Below the pieces are notes generated by a model, which saw nothing but the letters and a program-made list of their open reading frames with translations, was not told where the DNA came from and searched no databases. A DNA stretch of 37,779 nucleotides from a virus (taxonomy: Duplodnaviria > Heunggongvirae > Uroviricota > Caudoviricetes). The position numbers were made by a program, and so were the translations under genes. The stretch spans positions 1 through 37,779 of the IMG/VR virus record IMGVR_UViG_3300042009_000020; one strand, given 5' to 3'. Positions 24,401 to 32,404 of this stretch are shown piece after piece (position 1 is the first letter of the stretch; every line of letters starts with the position of its first letter).

Positions 24401-24459
24401 TCCATTATTGATTAATTGGTAATCGTCCCTCTCCTACGATTATCAGGTGATATAATGGA
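24401..24459 (+). ncRNA. long leader hairpin with CU-rich loop (candidate sRNA)
   Basis: TCCATTAT/ATAATGGA and TGGTAATCGT/ACGATTATCA stems; loop CCCTCTCCT. Confidence 0.35.
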
Positions 24460-24518
24460 TTGCTTGTTGTGATTTGATGTTAGTGTTCATGCCTTCCAAA
24501 TCGTAACAACAAACAAAT

Positions 24519-24591
24519 AGGTTGTGTTCTGGCGAACAGTTGGGGCTCCAAACTCTGACCAGCCGGGTTCGATACCTTGGACAGCCTGCCA
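24519..24591 (+). tRNA. tRNA-Trp(CCA), atypical
   Basis: Acceptor AGGTTGT/ACAGCCT, loop CTCCAAA, TTCGATA, 3' CCA; short D arm, GU-rich anticodon stem. Confidence 0.55.
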
Positions 24592-24598
24592 AACAAAT

Positions 24599-24673
24599 GC
24601 GTGATTAGTGTAATTGGTAACACTTCTGACTTCCAATCAGACATTAAGAGTTCAAGTCTCTTATCCCGCCCCA
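24599..24673 (+). tRNA. tRNA-Gly(TCC)
   Basis: TCTGA-CTTCCAA-TCAGA, GTTCAAG, 3' CCA; one acceptor mismatch, C discriminator. Confidence 0.75.
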
Positions 24674-24777
24674 AGTTATAAAGAATCTACTAAGACCGTG
24701 TAGTGAGCGTGTCCGAACTGATCCCACGTTACCGAGATTATGTGGCTAGGCACATGTCAACTCTCTAGCAGAATTAT

Positions 24778-24864
24778 TGGCGAGTAAGCATAACTGGCAC
24801 TGCACTCCGCTGTTAACGGAGCTTCCGAAAGGTCTTGTTGATTCGAATTCAACCTCGCCAGCCA
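24778..24864 (+). tRNA. tRNA-Asn(GTT) with extra variable arm
   Basis: TGGCGAG/CTCGCCA, CTCCG-CTGTTAA-CGGAG, GTTGA-TTCGAAT-TCAAC, CCA; 87 nt. Confidence 0.8.
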
Positions 24865-24870
24865 ATCAAT

Positions 24871-24991
24871 GCGATCTAGTGAGACATGATACGTTAACGG
24901 TTCGAAACGGAAGCGTGAATTGTTTTAGGAATTAACTCACGAAGGACTTCTTTAGCGGGAAGTTATACAGGTTCGACTCCTGTGGATCGCA
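24871..24991 (+). ncRNA. expanded tRNA-like element
   Basis: Acceptor GCGATCT/GGATCGC and T-arm ACAGG-TTCGACT-CCTGT intact; interior enlarged; no encoded CCA. Confidence 0.55.
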
Positions 24992-25023
24992 CAGTTTCGT
25001 TGTAAACAAAAGAGGAGTTGTAA

Positions 25024-25149
25024 ATGACTAAGTTTTACGATGCAACAGCAGAACACAAGATGATCGAGAAGAGCAAAGAGAAATCGAAAGGTCATCCAAA
25101 CAAAGGTTTGAAAGGTAAGAATCCTTATTCTGGTAAGGTTGTTTCCTAA
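25024..25149 (+). CDS. small Lys-rich peptide within tRNA cluster (41 aa)
   Basis: GAGGAG RBS; MTKFYDATAEHKMIEKSKEKSKGHPNKGLKGKNPYSGKVVS. Confidence 0.55.
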   Translation: MTKFYDATAEHKMIEKSKEKSKGHPNKGLKGKNPYSGKVVS

Positions 25150-25156
25150 GTTATAT

Positions 25157-25232
25157 AGTCCTGTCGTATAGAGGTTATTACACTCGCCTGTCACGCGAGA
25201 GAGGAGGGTTCGATGTCCCTTCAGGACTGCCA
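25157..25232 (+). tRNA. tRNA-Asp(GTC)
   Basis: AGTCCTG/CAGGACT, CTCGC-CTGTCAC-GCGAG, GTTCGATG, CCA. Confidence 0.88.
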
Positions 25233-25353
25233 ATTTAACAACACAGACTGTTGATTCGAAAAGCCGCATATTATGCGATCAGGTTAAAATGTGTTGTGTA
25301 AAAACGCGCTGCATCCTCTGGTATCGACTAGTTTGGTATTACGTTACAGCCAT

Positions 25354-25429
25354 GCCGGTTTAGCTCAGATGGTAGAGCAATTCACTTGTAATGAAAAGGT
25401 CGCGAGTTCGATTCTTGCAACCGGCACCA
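25354..25429 (+). tRNA. tRNA-Thr(TGT)
   Basis: GCCGGTT/AACCGGC, TAGCTCAGATGGTAGAGC, CTTGTAA loop, GTTCGATT, CCA. Confidence 0.92.
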
Positions 25430-25481
25430 AATTCGTAGAAAGGCTATTTGGTCTAAACCAACAATAGCGAACGGGGTATAC

Positions 25482-25532
25482 GCCCCATTATGTGAGATAA
25501 CATTACTGTGGGTTCAACTCCCACACGGGGCT
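25482..25532 (+). pseudogene. tRNA remnant (acceptor plus T-arm minihelix)
   Basis: GCCCCAT/ACGGGGC and GTGGG-TTCAACT-CCCAC joined by a short linker without anticodon arm. Confidence 0.45.
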
Positions 25533-25657
25533 GGTCCTCGTATCGATGGGAAGTAATGGTAAACTCAACAGGTATTCAACTCTCGATACTAGTCAGACTG
25601 TTGTTTACCGGATCTAATTCAAACAGGCTTGAGTGTATCGTCTGTTAAATGCAACAT

Positions 25658-25734
25658 GGTCTATATAGCTTAACCGGGAAAGCGCCGTGACAATATTAAA
25701 CTCGGAGTAGAGTTCGAATCCTCGCAGACCACCA
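25658..25734 (+). tRNA. tRNA-like element with non-canonical 11-nt anticodon loop
   Basis: GGTCTAT/GCAGACC, D arm GCTT/AAGC, CCGTG-ACAATATTAAA-CTCGG, GTTCGAATC, ACCA. Confidence 0.55.
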
Positions 25735-25748
25735 ATTATAAAAAAATA

Positions 25749-25824
25749 CAGAGCGTAGCGAAAGAGGTTATCGTCCCGGTTTGGAACTGGGTACACGTCC
25801 GTTCGACCCGGACCGCTCTGACCA
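25749..25824 (+). tRNA. tRNA-Pro(TGG)
   Basis: CAGAGCG/CGCTCTG, CCCGG-TTTGGAA-CTGGG, GTCCG-TTCGACC-CGGAC, ACCA. Confidence 0.9.
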
Positions 25825-25830
25825 AATTAT

Positions 25831-25931
25831 CTGGAAGTGCTAATATATCAAACTGAGGGTCATGAACTTCAGCAAGACGAAAAGGCTTTAGCAGGATGGC
25901 CATCCTTGGGGTTCGAGTCCTCACTTCTGGT
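25831..25931 (+). ncRNA. expanded tRNA-like element
   Basis: Acceptor CTGGAAG/CTTCTGG, T-arm TGGGG-TTCGAGT-CCTCA; enlarged interior; ends CCG, not CCA. Confidence 0.5.
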
Positions 25932-25940
25932 CCGAACAAT

Positions 25941-26028
25941 GGATAGTTGGCTGAGTGGTTGAAAGCACTGGTCTTGAAAATCAGCAGTCGGAAACGGCTC
26001 GTGAGTTCGAAACTCACACTATCCTCCA
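25941..26028 (+). tRNA. tRNA-Ser(TGA)
   Basis: GGATAGT/ACTATCC, CTGGT-CTTGAAA-ATCAG, long variable arm, GTTCGAAA, CCA. Confidence 0.92.
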
Positions 26029-26138
26029 ACTTTGAAGTGTCTTGCAAAACTATCGTGGTACACATAAAGCGAAATGGGCCACGAGCTTCAAATACAAACA
26101 ATTACCCGACAAGGAATTGTAGCCGAAAGGCAACTAAT

Positions 26139-26163
26139 GACCCCGCCACGAGCGGGGTTTTTT
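26139..26163 (+). terminator. intrinsic terminator of tRNA cluster
   Basis: ACCCCGC-CACGA-GCGGGGT-TTTTT. Confidence 0.85.
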
Positions 26164-26187
26164 GCATCAATATAAAAGGAAATAAAT

Positions 26188-26466
26188 ATGACTATTGCAA
26201 CACGTGATGATTTGGTTGAAGTTCTCGCACTACTCGGTGTAATGGGTGCAGCCCGTAATGGTGACCTTGATGCATTGTTCACTGGTGGTCCGATCCCGGC
26301 AGCAACTACTTCTGTTATTGGTGGTGTGAAGAAAGCCGTTGCTGTTCCTGATCTTGCTGCACAAACAGTTACAGATATTGCAACTGCACAGACTTCGATT
26401 ACAGCAATTGTAAACAAGTTGAATGCTCTTCTTGCTGCAAGTCGAACCGCTGGTCAACTTACTTAA
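26188..26466 (+). CDS. head fibre/decoration-like small structural protein
   Basis: GGVKKAVAVPDLAA...IVNKLNALLAASRTAG pattern; AAGGA RBS. Confidence 0.55.
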   Translation: MTIATRDDLVEVLALLGVMGAARNGDLDALFTGGPIPAATTSVIGGVKKAVAVPDLAAQTVTDIATAQTSITAIVNKLNALLAASRTAGQLT

Positions 26467-26473
26467 TCAACTT

Positions 26474-26497
26474 AGCCCGCCTCGTGCGGGCTTTTCT
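26474..26497 (+). terminator. intrinsic terminator
   Basis: AGCCCGC-CTCGT-GCGGGCT-TTTCT. Confidence 0.8.
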
Positions 26498-26525
26498 GTT
26501 TGTCAAGTAGTATTTACATATGGTA

Positions 26526-26554
26526 TTGACAAATTCACAACAAGACAGTAGAAT
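26526..26554 (+). promoter_or_regulatory. sigma70 promoter upstream of terS
   Basis: TTGACA-N17-TAGAAT. Confidence 0.8.
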
Positions 26555-26586
26555 CGTTTCTATGTCAAGAACATTAGGAGTAATTT

Positions 26587-27018
26587 ATGTCCAACGAAGA
26601 TATGGGTGTTAGCCCACTTCATGAACGTGACACTCGATTCCAACCCGGTGTATCTGGTAATCCTGCTGGACGACCAAAGGGAAGTAAAAGTGGTCCACGC
26701 TCTAAAATGCGTGCACAGCTAGTTAAACTTTGTGAACTACAACCTGACGCACTTGAGATTCTCCGGATCAGTATGACTGGTAAGAACTCAGCAGGTGAAG
26801 CAGTAAATGTACCAGCCAAAGATAAAGTTGAAATGGCTAAGTTCATTGTCAAATCTATCGAATCATTGAACAACACTTGTCTTCGTGAAGAGATGGCAAT
26901 CCTTGGAGTTCGTGATAAAGGTAATGCGGAAGGTGCAGCACAATTGGAAGAGAATCAGAAAGAAGCTGAAGCGACCAGTACAGGTTCATTCAGTCTCGAT
27001 ATGGAAACCCAACATTAA
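26587..27018 (+). CDS. terS: terminase small subunit (DUF5681-type N-terminus)
   Basis: RFQPGVSGNPAGRPKGSK motif; upstream of terL. Confidence 0.75.
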   Translation: MSNEDMGVSPLHERDTRFQPGVSGNPAGRPKGSKSGPRSKMRAQLVKLCELQPDALEILRISMTGKNSAGEAVNVPAKDKVEMAKFIVKSIESLNNTCLREEMAILGVRDKGNAEGAAQLEENQKEAEATSTGSFSLDMETQH

Positions 27019-27027
27019 GGAGTAACT

Positions 27028-27468
27028 ATGAATAAGTATCACCTGCACGTAACCAGTTCCGACTCACTAGGTCTGAATCTGATTGAGAACATTATTGAAA
27101 TGGCAAACTTGGGTGCCAAGCTGAAACCCGGAACTCTCCCAAGTATGCGATTCCCACACAGTTGTTCGCTGGTTCTGGAAGCTGAAGTTCCACCAACACC
27201 AAGTGCCACGCTTCGTGTATTTGAATATGACACATGTAAAGAGGTATTCGCTGCCTTCATTGAACCAGTTGCTGCAACCTTCTCACTGGATACTGAAGAT
27301 GTTGTTGATGCTGTAGACAAGAGTACCAACCAAGGTACACCGTGGACTAAAGAACAACTAGATAACATGGATTGGGAAACAGAGTTTAAAGAAGTTTGTA
27401 AGTCTGTTGAAATCACTGGTCGTTCCCGAGATAAGATGACAAAAGAATATCTTGCAAAATTCGCATAA
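27028..27468 (+). CDS. hypothetical protein between terS and terL
   Basis: AAGGAG RBS; small helical C-terminal domain. Confidence 0.7.
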   Translation: MNKYHLHVTSSDSLGLNLIENIIEMANLGAKLKPGTLPSMRFPHSCSLVLEAEVPPTPSATLRVFEYDTCKEVFAAFIEPVAATFSLDTEDVVDAVDKSTNQGTPWTKEQLDNMDWETEFKEVCKSVEITGRSRDKMTKEYLAKFA

Positions 27469-27483
27469 TCATTACTATACGTA

Positions 27484-27512
27484 TTGACAAAATAATGATT
27501 ATCATTTAGAAT
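27484..27512 (+). promoter_or_regulatory. terL promoter containing a Fur box
   Basis: TTGACA 27484-27489, N17, TAGAAT 27507-27512; spacer holds AATGAT-T-ATCATT (15/19 to Fur consensus on minus strand). Confidence 0.75.
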
Positions 27513-27522
27513 AAGCACTTAT

Positions 27523-29055
27523 ATGGAGAACACCATGAACGAAGTTCAAATGGTGCGTCCTCAATCCCCCTTCCAAGAGAAGTACCTGAAGTCGAATGCA
27601 AAGATTCTGGTAGTTGGTGGTGCAGCCGGTAGCTCTAAGAGTTATGTCGGACTGATGCGACACCTACGTTGGGCGCATGATCCAAAGTATAATGGTTACT
27701 GTATTCGACAACACAGTAATGACTTGATGAAAGCTGGTGGACTCTTCCAAGAAGCAGTCGGGCTTTATTCTCAGGTTTATCCTGACATCAAAGTAAAGAT
27801 TAAAGATCAGATGATTGTTTTCCCAAGTGGGTCATCTGTTTCCTTTGCTCACTATGAAAACGATGCTGCTGGTCGTAAGTATCAAGGTCTTCAACTTTCT
27901 AACGTATTCTATGACGAAGCAACTCACGCTGATGAACAACACATCTGGTGGTTGTTTTCACGTCTTCGTACATCAGCCAGAATGGAACCAAGTATTTGGT
28001 TGTCATGTAACCCTGACCCTGACAGTTATCTTTTCGATTGGGTTAAGTGGTGGTTGTATCCAGAAGGTCATCCTCAGTATGGTATTGCTGATCCGGCAAA
28101 GAACGGTATCACAAGATTTGTACTGCGCATTGGTGGTGAGATGTGCTGGGGTGAATCTCCAGAAGAACTCATTGAGAAGTACGGAAAGAAAGAACTTCCG
28201 TTTGACCACGTAGACCAAGTTAAACCAATTCCATTCCAAGTATTGCTTGGTACTCTTGTTGATAACCCAACGTTGATGAAGCTCCAACCTGACTATAAAG
28301 GTAAGTTGGAAGCGATGCCTGATGTTGAGATGCGTCGTCTGCTCCTCGGAGACTGGACGGCTCGTGAAGAGGGTTCTACATACTTCCAACGATCTTGGTG
28401 TGGTGAAGAGGCTCTTGATGAGCCATCTGCTAGTGAGATTGTACGATCTGTTAGAGCATATGACTTCGCTGGTACATTGAAGTCTTCTGGCAACACAAGT
28501 CCTGACTATACAGCCTGTGTGAAGATGAGCAAACTCAAGAATGGAGATTACTTCGTTCATGATGTTCGTCGTGATCGTATTCTTTACGGTGACTGGGAAA
28601 AGTTCATCATTGACAACGCAGCACAAGATGGAAAGAACTGTGAGATTATTATCCCACTCGATCCCGGTGCTTCTGCCAAAGTTGCTACAAGCCTGCTCAC
28701 ACGCTCGCTGAGTGAAAAAGGATATAGAGTCAGAACAATGAAAGCAACTCAGTCTAAGCTGGATCGCTTCCGTCCTTTCTCTTCTTTGGCTATGAACGGT
28801 CATGTCCAGTTCCTCAAGGGTTGTGCAACCGACTTGGAAAACAAGATTGAATGTAACAACAGCTTCCTGTACCGAGAGCTTGAAGGCTTTAACGGTAAGA
28901 AGCGTAGCGGTGAATCAGGCCACGACGATATGGTTGATGCCATTAGTGATGCCACATCGATTCTCGCTCAGCGTGTCAACGTACCCAATATGGCACAAGC
29001 CTTGGGCAGTGTCAACCTTTTAAATAACACACCCTTCGATAAAGGAGTTGCCTAA
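27523..29055 (+). CDS. terL: terminase large subunit
   Basis: GGAAGSSKS Walker A variant, FYDEATH Walker B, SCNP, RAYDFA nuclease Asp, HDDMVDA. Confidence 0.93.
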   Translation: MENTMNEVQMVRPQSPFQEKYLKSNAKILVVGGAAGSSKSYVGLMRHLRWAHDPKYNGYCIRQHSNDLMKAGGLFQEAVGLYSQVYPDIKVKIKDQMIVFPSGSSVSFAHYENDAAGRKYQGLQLSNVFYDEATHADEQHIWWLFSRLRTSARMEPSIWLSCNPDPDSYLFDWVKWWLYPEGHPQYGIADPAKNGITRFVLRIGGEMCWGESPEELIEKYGKKELPFDHVDQVKPIPFQVLLGTLVDNPTLMKLQPDYKGKLEAMPDVEMRRLLLGDWTAREEGSTYFQRSWCGEEALDEPSASEIVRSVRAYDFAGTLKSSGNTSPDYTACVKMSKLKNGDYFVHDVRRDRILYGDWEKFIIDNAAQDGKNCEIIIPLDPGASAKVATSLLTRSLSEKGYRVRTMKATQSKLDRFRPFSSLAMNGHVQFLKGCATDLENKIECNNSFLYRELEGFNGKKRSGESGHDDMVDAISDATSILAQRVNVPNMAQALGSVNLLNNTPFDKGVA

Positions 29056-30578
29056 TGGCAGATAAAGCCGAAAAAACAGTCTCCTTGACACAGGGTGATT
29101 CCAAAGCTCCACCAATTGTCTATGGCGAGACTGGTTACACTGGTCTTGTTACATTGGGTGGTCAGGTCTGGGATGATTGTCAGCATGAACTTCGCTGGCC
29201 CTTCGCTTACAAGACATTCAAGAAGATGGCAACTGATGGTTCTGTTGGTCCTGCCCTTGAGTTTGTCGAAGGTAAAGTAGCTGAAGCCACTTGGAAAGTA
29301 AAGATTCCAAAGGGTGCCCCGAAAGAACGAGAAGCTACTCTCAAAGCACAACAGCAGTATCTCACCGAAGTAATGGACGATATGCGTCACAGTTGGACTA
29401 CTGGAATTAAAAACGCTGGTACATTCAACCGTTATGGATTCAGTGTCCTTGAAATGGTGTTTCGCTTTCGTAACTATAAATACGGTAGTAAGTTCAATGA
29501 TGGACTGGTGGGGATTGAAGCCCTTTCACCAAGGAGTCAAGGAACTATTGTCCAGTGGTATTGGAAAGACAAAGGTCGTGAACTAGATGGTTTTGATCAA
29601 CGTATTATTATCCCAAGTGAAAACAGCCTGATTAGTCATGATGGTTGGGAAGTTATGCGAACTAGTGTCACACAAGAGACTGGTGTCAAATACATTCCAA
29701 TGAAGAAATGTTTACACTTCCGACACAACCCTCAAAATGATAGTCCTTCTGGTACGTCTCCTTTGATTGCTGCATGGCAACCGTGGAAGATGAAACAGGC
29801 TTACCAAGAGTCTGAAGCAATTGGTGTAGCACAAGACAACAACGCCTTTAAGATTCTGTTTCTTCCTCCTGAATACCTTGTAGAAGATCGTGACGAAGAC
29901 CGCGAAGCATCTTTCAACATGTATACCCGAATGATGGAACGAGCACATCAGGCAAAACAAAGTGGGTTCATCCTACCGATGTTGCTTGATAATGATGGTA
30001 ACAAGATGTTCGACTTTGAGATTAAAAACATCTCCGGTCAGAAGTCTTATGATGTCAATGCAATTATCAACCGGTACGTGCGAGAGATTCAAGTTGCTCT
30101 GTTCGCTGACGTATTGTCCCTTGGTAGTGGTTCTGGTGGTAGTTACTCTCTGGCTGAGTCGAAAGTAAGTATTATCGACATGGCAGTAAAGAGTCGTTTG
30201 AATGAAATCAAAGACCAGCTTAATCATAAGCTTGTTAAGACATTGTTTGAACAAAACTCATGGCCTACCGATGTAATGCCTTACATTGATTTCGATTTGC
30301 CTAACAGTGAGTCATTGGAGAGTGTTGGTAAATATCTACAACAAGCAGCCGCTGTTGGACTTATTCCGCTAGTTCCTGAAGTTGTTAACTTTGTTCTTGC
30401 TCGCGTTGGTATTGATTACAGAGTTCCTGATGACATTGATCCTGAGAAACTTAGAGAAATGATGACCAACTTTGTCTCCGAAGCTGGAGGTGGAATGGAG
30501 TCAGGACTTAATGGGAGCAACGGAAAAGGTACAGGTGCTAATGGTGATGCAAACACAGCAAACAAAGGGAGCAATTAA
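29055..30578 (+). CDS. portal protein
   Basis: 507 aa directly after terL; GETGYTG N-terminus and GGSYSLAE motif. Confidence 0.85.
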   Translation: MADKAEKTVSLTQGDSKAPPIVYGETGYTGLVTLGGQVWDDCQHELRWPFAYKTFKKMATDGSVGPALEFVEGKVAEATWKVKIPKGAPKEREATLKAQQQYLTEVMDDMRHSWTTGIKNAGTFNRYGFSVLEMVFRFRNYKYGSKFNDGLVGIEALSPRSQGTIVQWYWKDKGRELDGFDQRIIIPSENSLISHDGWEVMRTSVTQETGVKYIPMKKCLHFRHNPQNDSPSGTSPLIAAWQPWKMKQAYQESEAIGVAQDNNAFKILFLPPEYLVEDRDEDREASFNMYTRMMERAHQAKQSGFILPMLLDNDGNKMFDFEIKNISGQKSYDVNAIINRYVREIQVALFADVLSLGSGSGGSYSLAESKVSIIDMAVKSRLNEIKDQLNHKLVKTLFEQNSWPTDVMPYIDFDLPNSESLESVGKYLQQAAAVGLIPLVPEVVNFVLARVGIDYRVPDDIDPEKLREMMTNFVSEAGGGMESGLNGSNGKGTGANGDANTANKGSN

Positions 30579-31933
30579 TGGCACATTCACTTATGCGTAT
30601 CAAGGGTTCGCTTGTAAACACTCCACATCTGATTGAGCAAAATGCTTTCAACAGTATTATGGAATATGTTAACCAGCGAATTGAGGGGAACGTTGATATC
30701 ACTCCTCAATCTAATAGTGACGATGGTAATTACAGTCACCGTTATGTATCAGATACAGCAACCGGTATTATGCACATCAATGGTCCACTTACTTACCGCA
30801 CAAGTGGTTGGGAAGCGTTCTGTGGTGGTACATCTTACGAGATGCTGAAAGGACAAATGGAATACTTCGTTGAATCTGGAGCAAAGACTGTCGCAATGAT
30901 GGTTGACTCTGGTGGTGGTGAAGCTCATGGGATGATGGACAGTGCAAACTATATTCGTCAACTTGCTGATGACAACGGTATCAAGATCATTGCTTACGTA
31001 GATGGTATGTCGGCTTCTGCTGCATACGGAATCTCCTGTATCGCTGATGAGATTGTGATGTCGTTTGACAGTCAAGTGGGAAGTATTGGTGTACTGATTC
31101 AGTTGATGAATAACAGTAAGCAACTTGAGAAAGCTGGTGTAGAACGAACCTTCGTTACTGCTGGTAAGGACAAAGTTCCTTTTGCTGCTGATGGTTCGTT
31201 CACTGAAGGATTCATTTCTCGTCTGCAAACACAAGTTGACAAACTGTATGAAGGATTCACAACTCACGTAGCAACTCATCGTTCTCTTGATGTCAAAGCC
31301 GTACAGAACACCGAAGCAAATGTGTTTATGTCTGAAGAGGCAATCTCACTTGGTTTGGCTGATAAGGTTATGACAGTTGAAGAGTTTTACAATTATCTGG
31401 CAGACGTTGCTCAGAACAATATCGAGGGTACTGGTATGGGCATGAAAGACGCCTTCAAATTTATGAATAAAGAGGATAAAGCTGAAATGGCTAAGCTCGA
31501 AGAACTGCAAACCCTGCTTCAAGCAGAACAAACCGCCCGTGGTGTAGCTGACGCTGCTCTGGCTGCTCATGTAACTCAACTGGGTGAAGCACAGGACGCA
31601 ATTGCTGCTCTGACTACTCAACTGGCTGAGTTCAAAGAAGCTCAGGAACTAGCCGTTAAGGCTGCTGCTGATGCAGTTGTAGCTGGTCGTAAAGCTGCTC
31701 TGTCTGAAGTTGTCCCTGAAGCTGAACTGGAAACTTACATGACCAATATGTCCAGTCTGGATGAAGGTGCTTTCACCTTTATGGTCGGTACACTGAAAGC
31801 TGTTAAAGATACACGTGCTGAGAGTTTCAAAGCAGTTGGAGAGGAAGGCGCTGAAGATCAAGACGCTCCTGTCAACACTGCTGATGCAATTCGAATCGCG
31901 GGTGTTGAAGCTGCACGCGCACGTCGCGGTTAA
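30578..31933 (+). CDS. prohead maturation protease (S49/SppA type) with C-terminal scaffold-like coil
   Basis: DSGGGE, SASAAY, GSIGV, TAGKDK, GLADKV; Ala/Glu-rich helical tail. Confidence 0.88.
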   Translation: MAHSLMRIKGSLVNTPHLIEQNAFNSIMEYVNQRIEGNVDITPQSNSDDGNYSHRYVSDTATGIMHINGPLTYRTSGWEAFCGGTSYEMLKGQMEYFVESGAKTVAMMVDSGGGEAHGMMDSANYIRQLADDNGIKIIAYVDGMSASAAYGISCIADEIVMSFDSQVGSIGVLIQLMNNSKQLEKAGVERTFVTAGKDKVPFAADGSFTEGFISRLQTQVDKLYEGFTTHVATHRSLDVKAVQNTEANVFMSEEAISLGLADKVMTVEEFYNYLADVAQNNIEGTGMGMKDAFKFMNKEDKAEMAKLEELQTLLQAEQTARGVADAALAAHVTQLGEAQDAIAALTTQLAEFKEAQELAVKAAADAVVAGRKAALSEVVPEAELETYMTNMSSLDEGAFTFMVGTLKAVKDTRAESFKAVGEEGAEDQDAPVNTADAIRIAGVEAARARRG

Positions 31934-31960
31934 TCACAAACTTATTAGAGGATACAAATA

Positions 31961-32404
31961 ATGGCTTTCACTGAACTGAACTTCCTGAAATATTCTTCGG
32001 ACTTGGTTATCGACCACGCCGACTTCCACTTCAGTAATGAAAATGCAAACATCACTCCGGCTGGTGTTATTAAACTGGGCACCGTTGTTGTCCGTCCAAA
32101 AGATTCTGCATCAACAGTAGCTTGGTCTGTTGTTGATGCTGCCGCTGATGCAGTTGAAACCAATGAATTCGCAGTTGTCTGGGGTGATCACAACTCGTTC
32201 GCTTACGACTTCACGCCTAAAACCATTGCTGCTGGTAAGTGGAACTCTGTTGTAATTGTTCGTCAAGCCGCATTCAAAGAGTTCTACATCAAAGAGAACT
32301 ACGAAACTCTGCTGGGTGCCGCTCCTTACGCTCTGATGAAGCAGCTGATGGCAAACCAAGGTCTGCTGGTACTGCAAGACGTATCCAAATACAAAGCTGT
32401 TTAA
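31961..32404 (+). CDS. head decoration/auxiliary capsid protein
   Basis: Position between protease and capsid gene; 147 aa. Confidence 0.65.
   Translation: MAFTELNFLKYSSDLVIDHADFHFSNENANITPAGVIKLGTVVVRPKDSASTVAWSVVDAAADAVETNEFAVVWGDHNSFAYDFTPKTIAAGKWNSVVIVRQAAFKEFYIKENYETLLGAAPYALMKQLMANQGLLVLQDVSKYKAV

Noticed and set aside
27610-27645. TerL Walker A reads GGAAGSSKS instead of ...GKS
   Set aside because: All other terminase motifs are intact; probably a family-level variant rather than inactivation.
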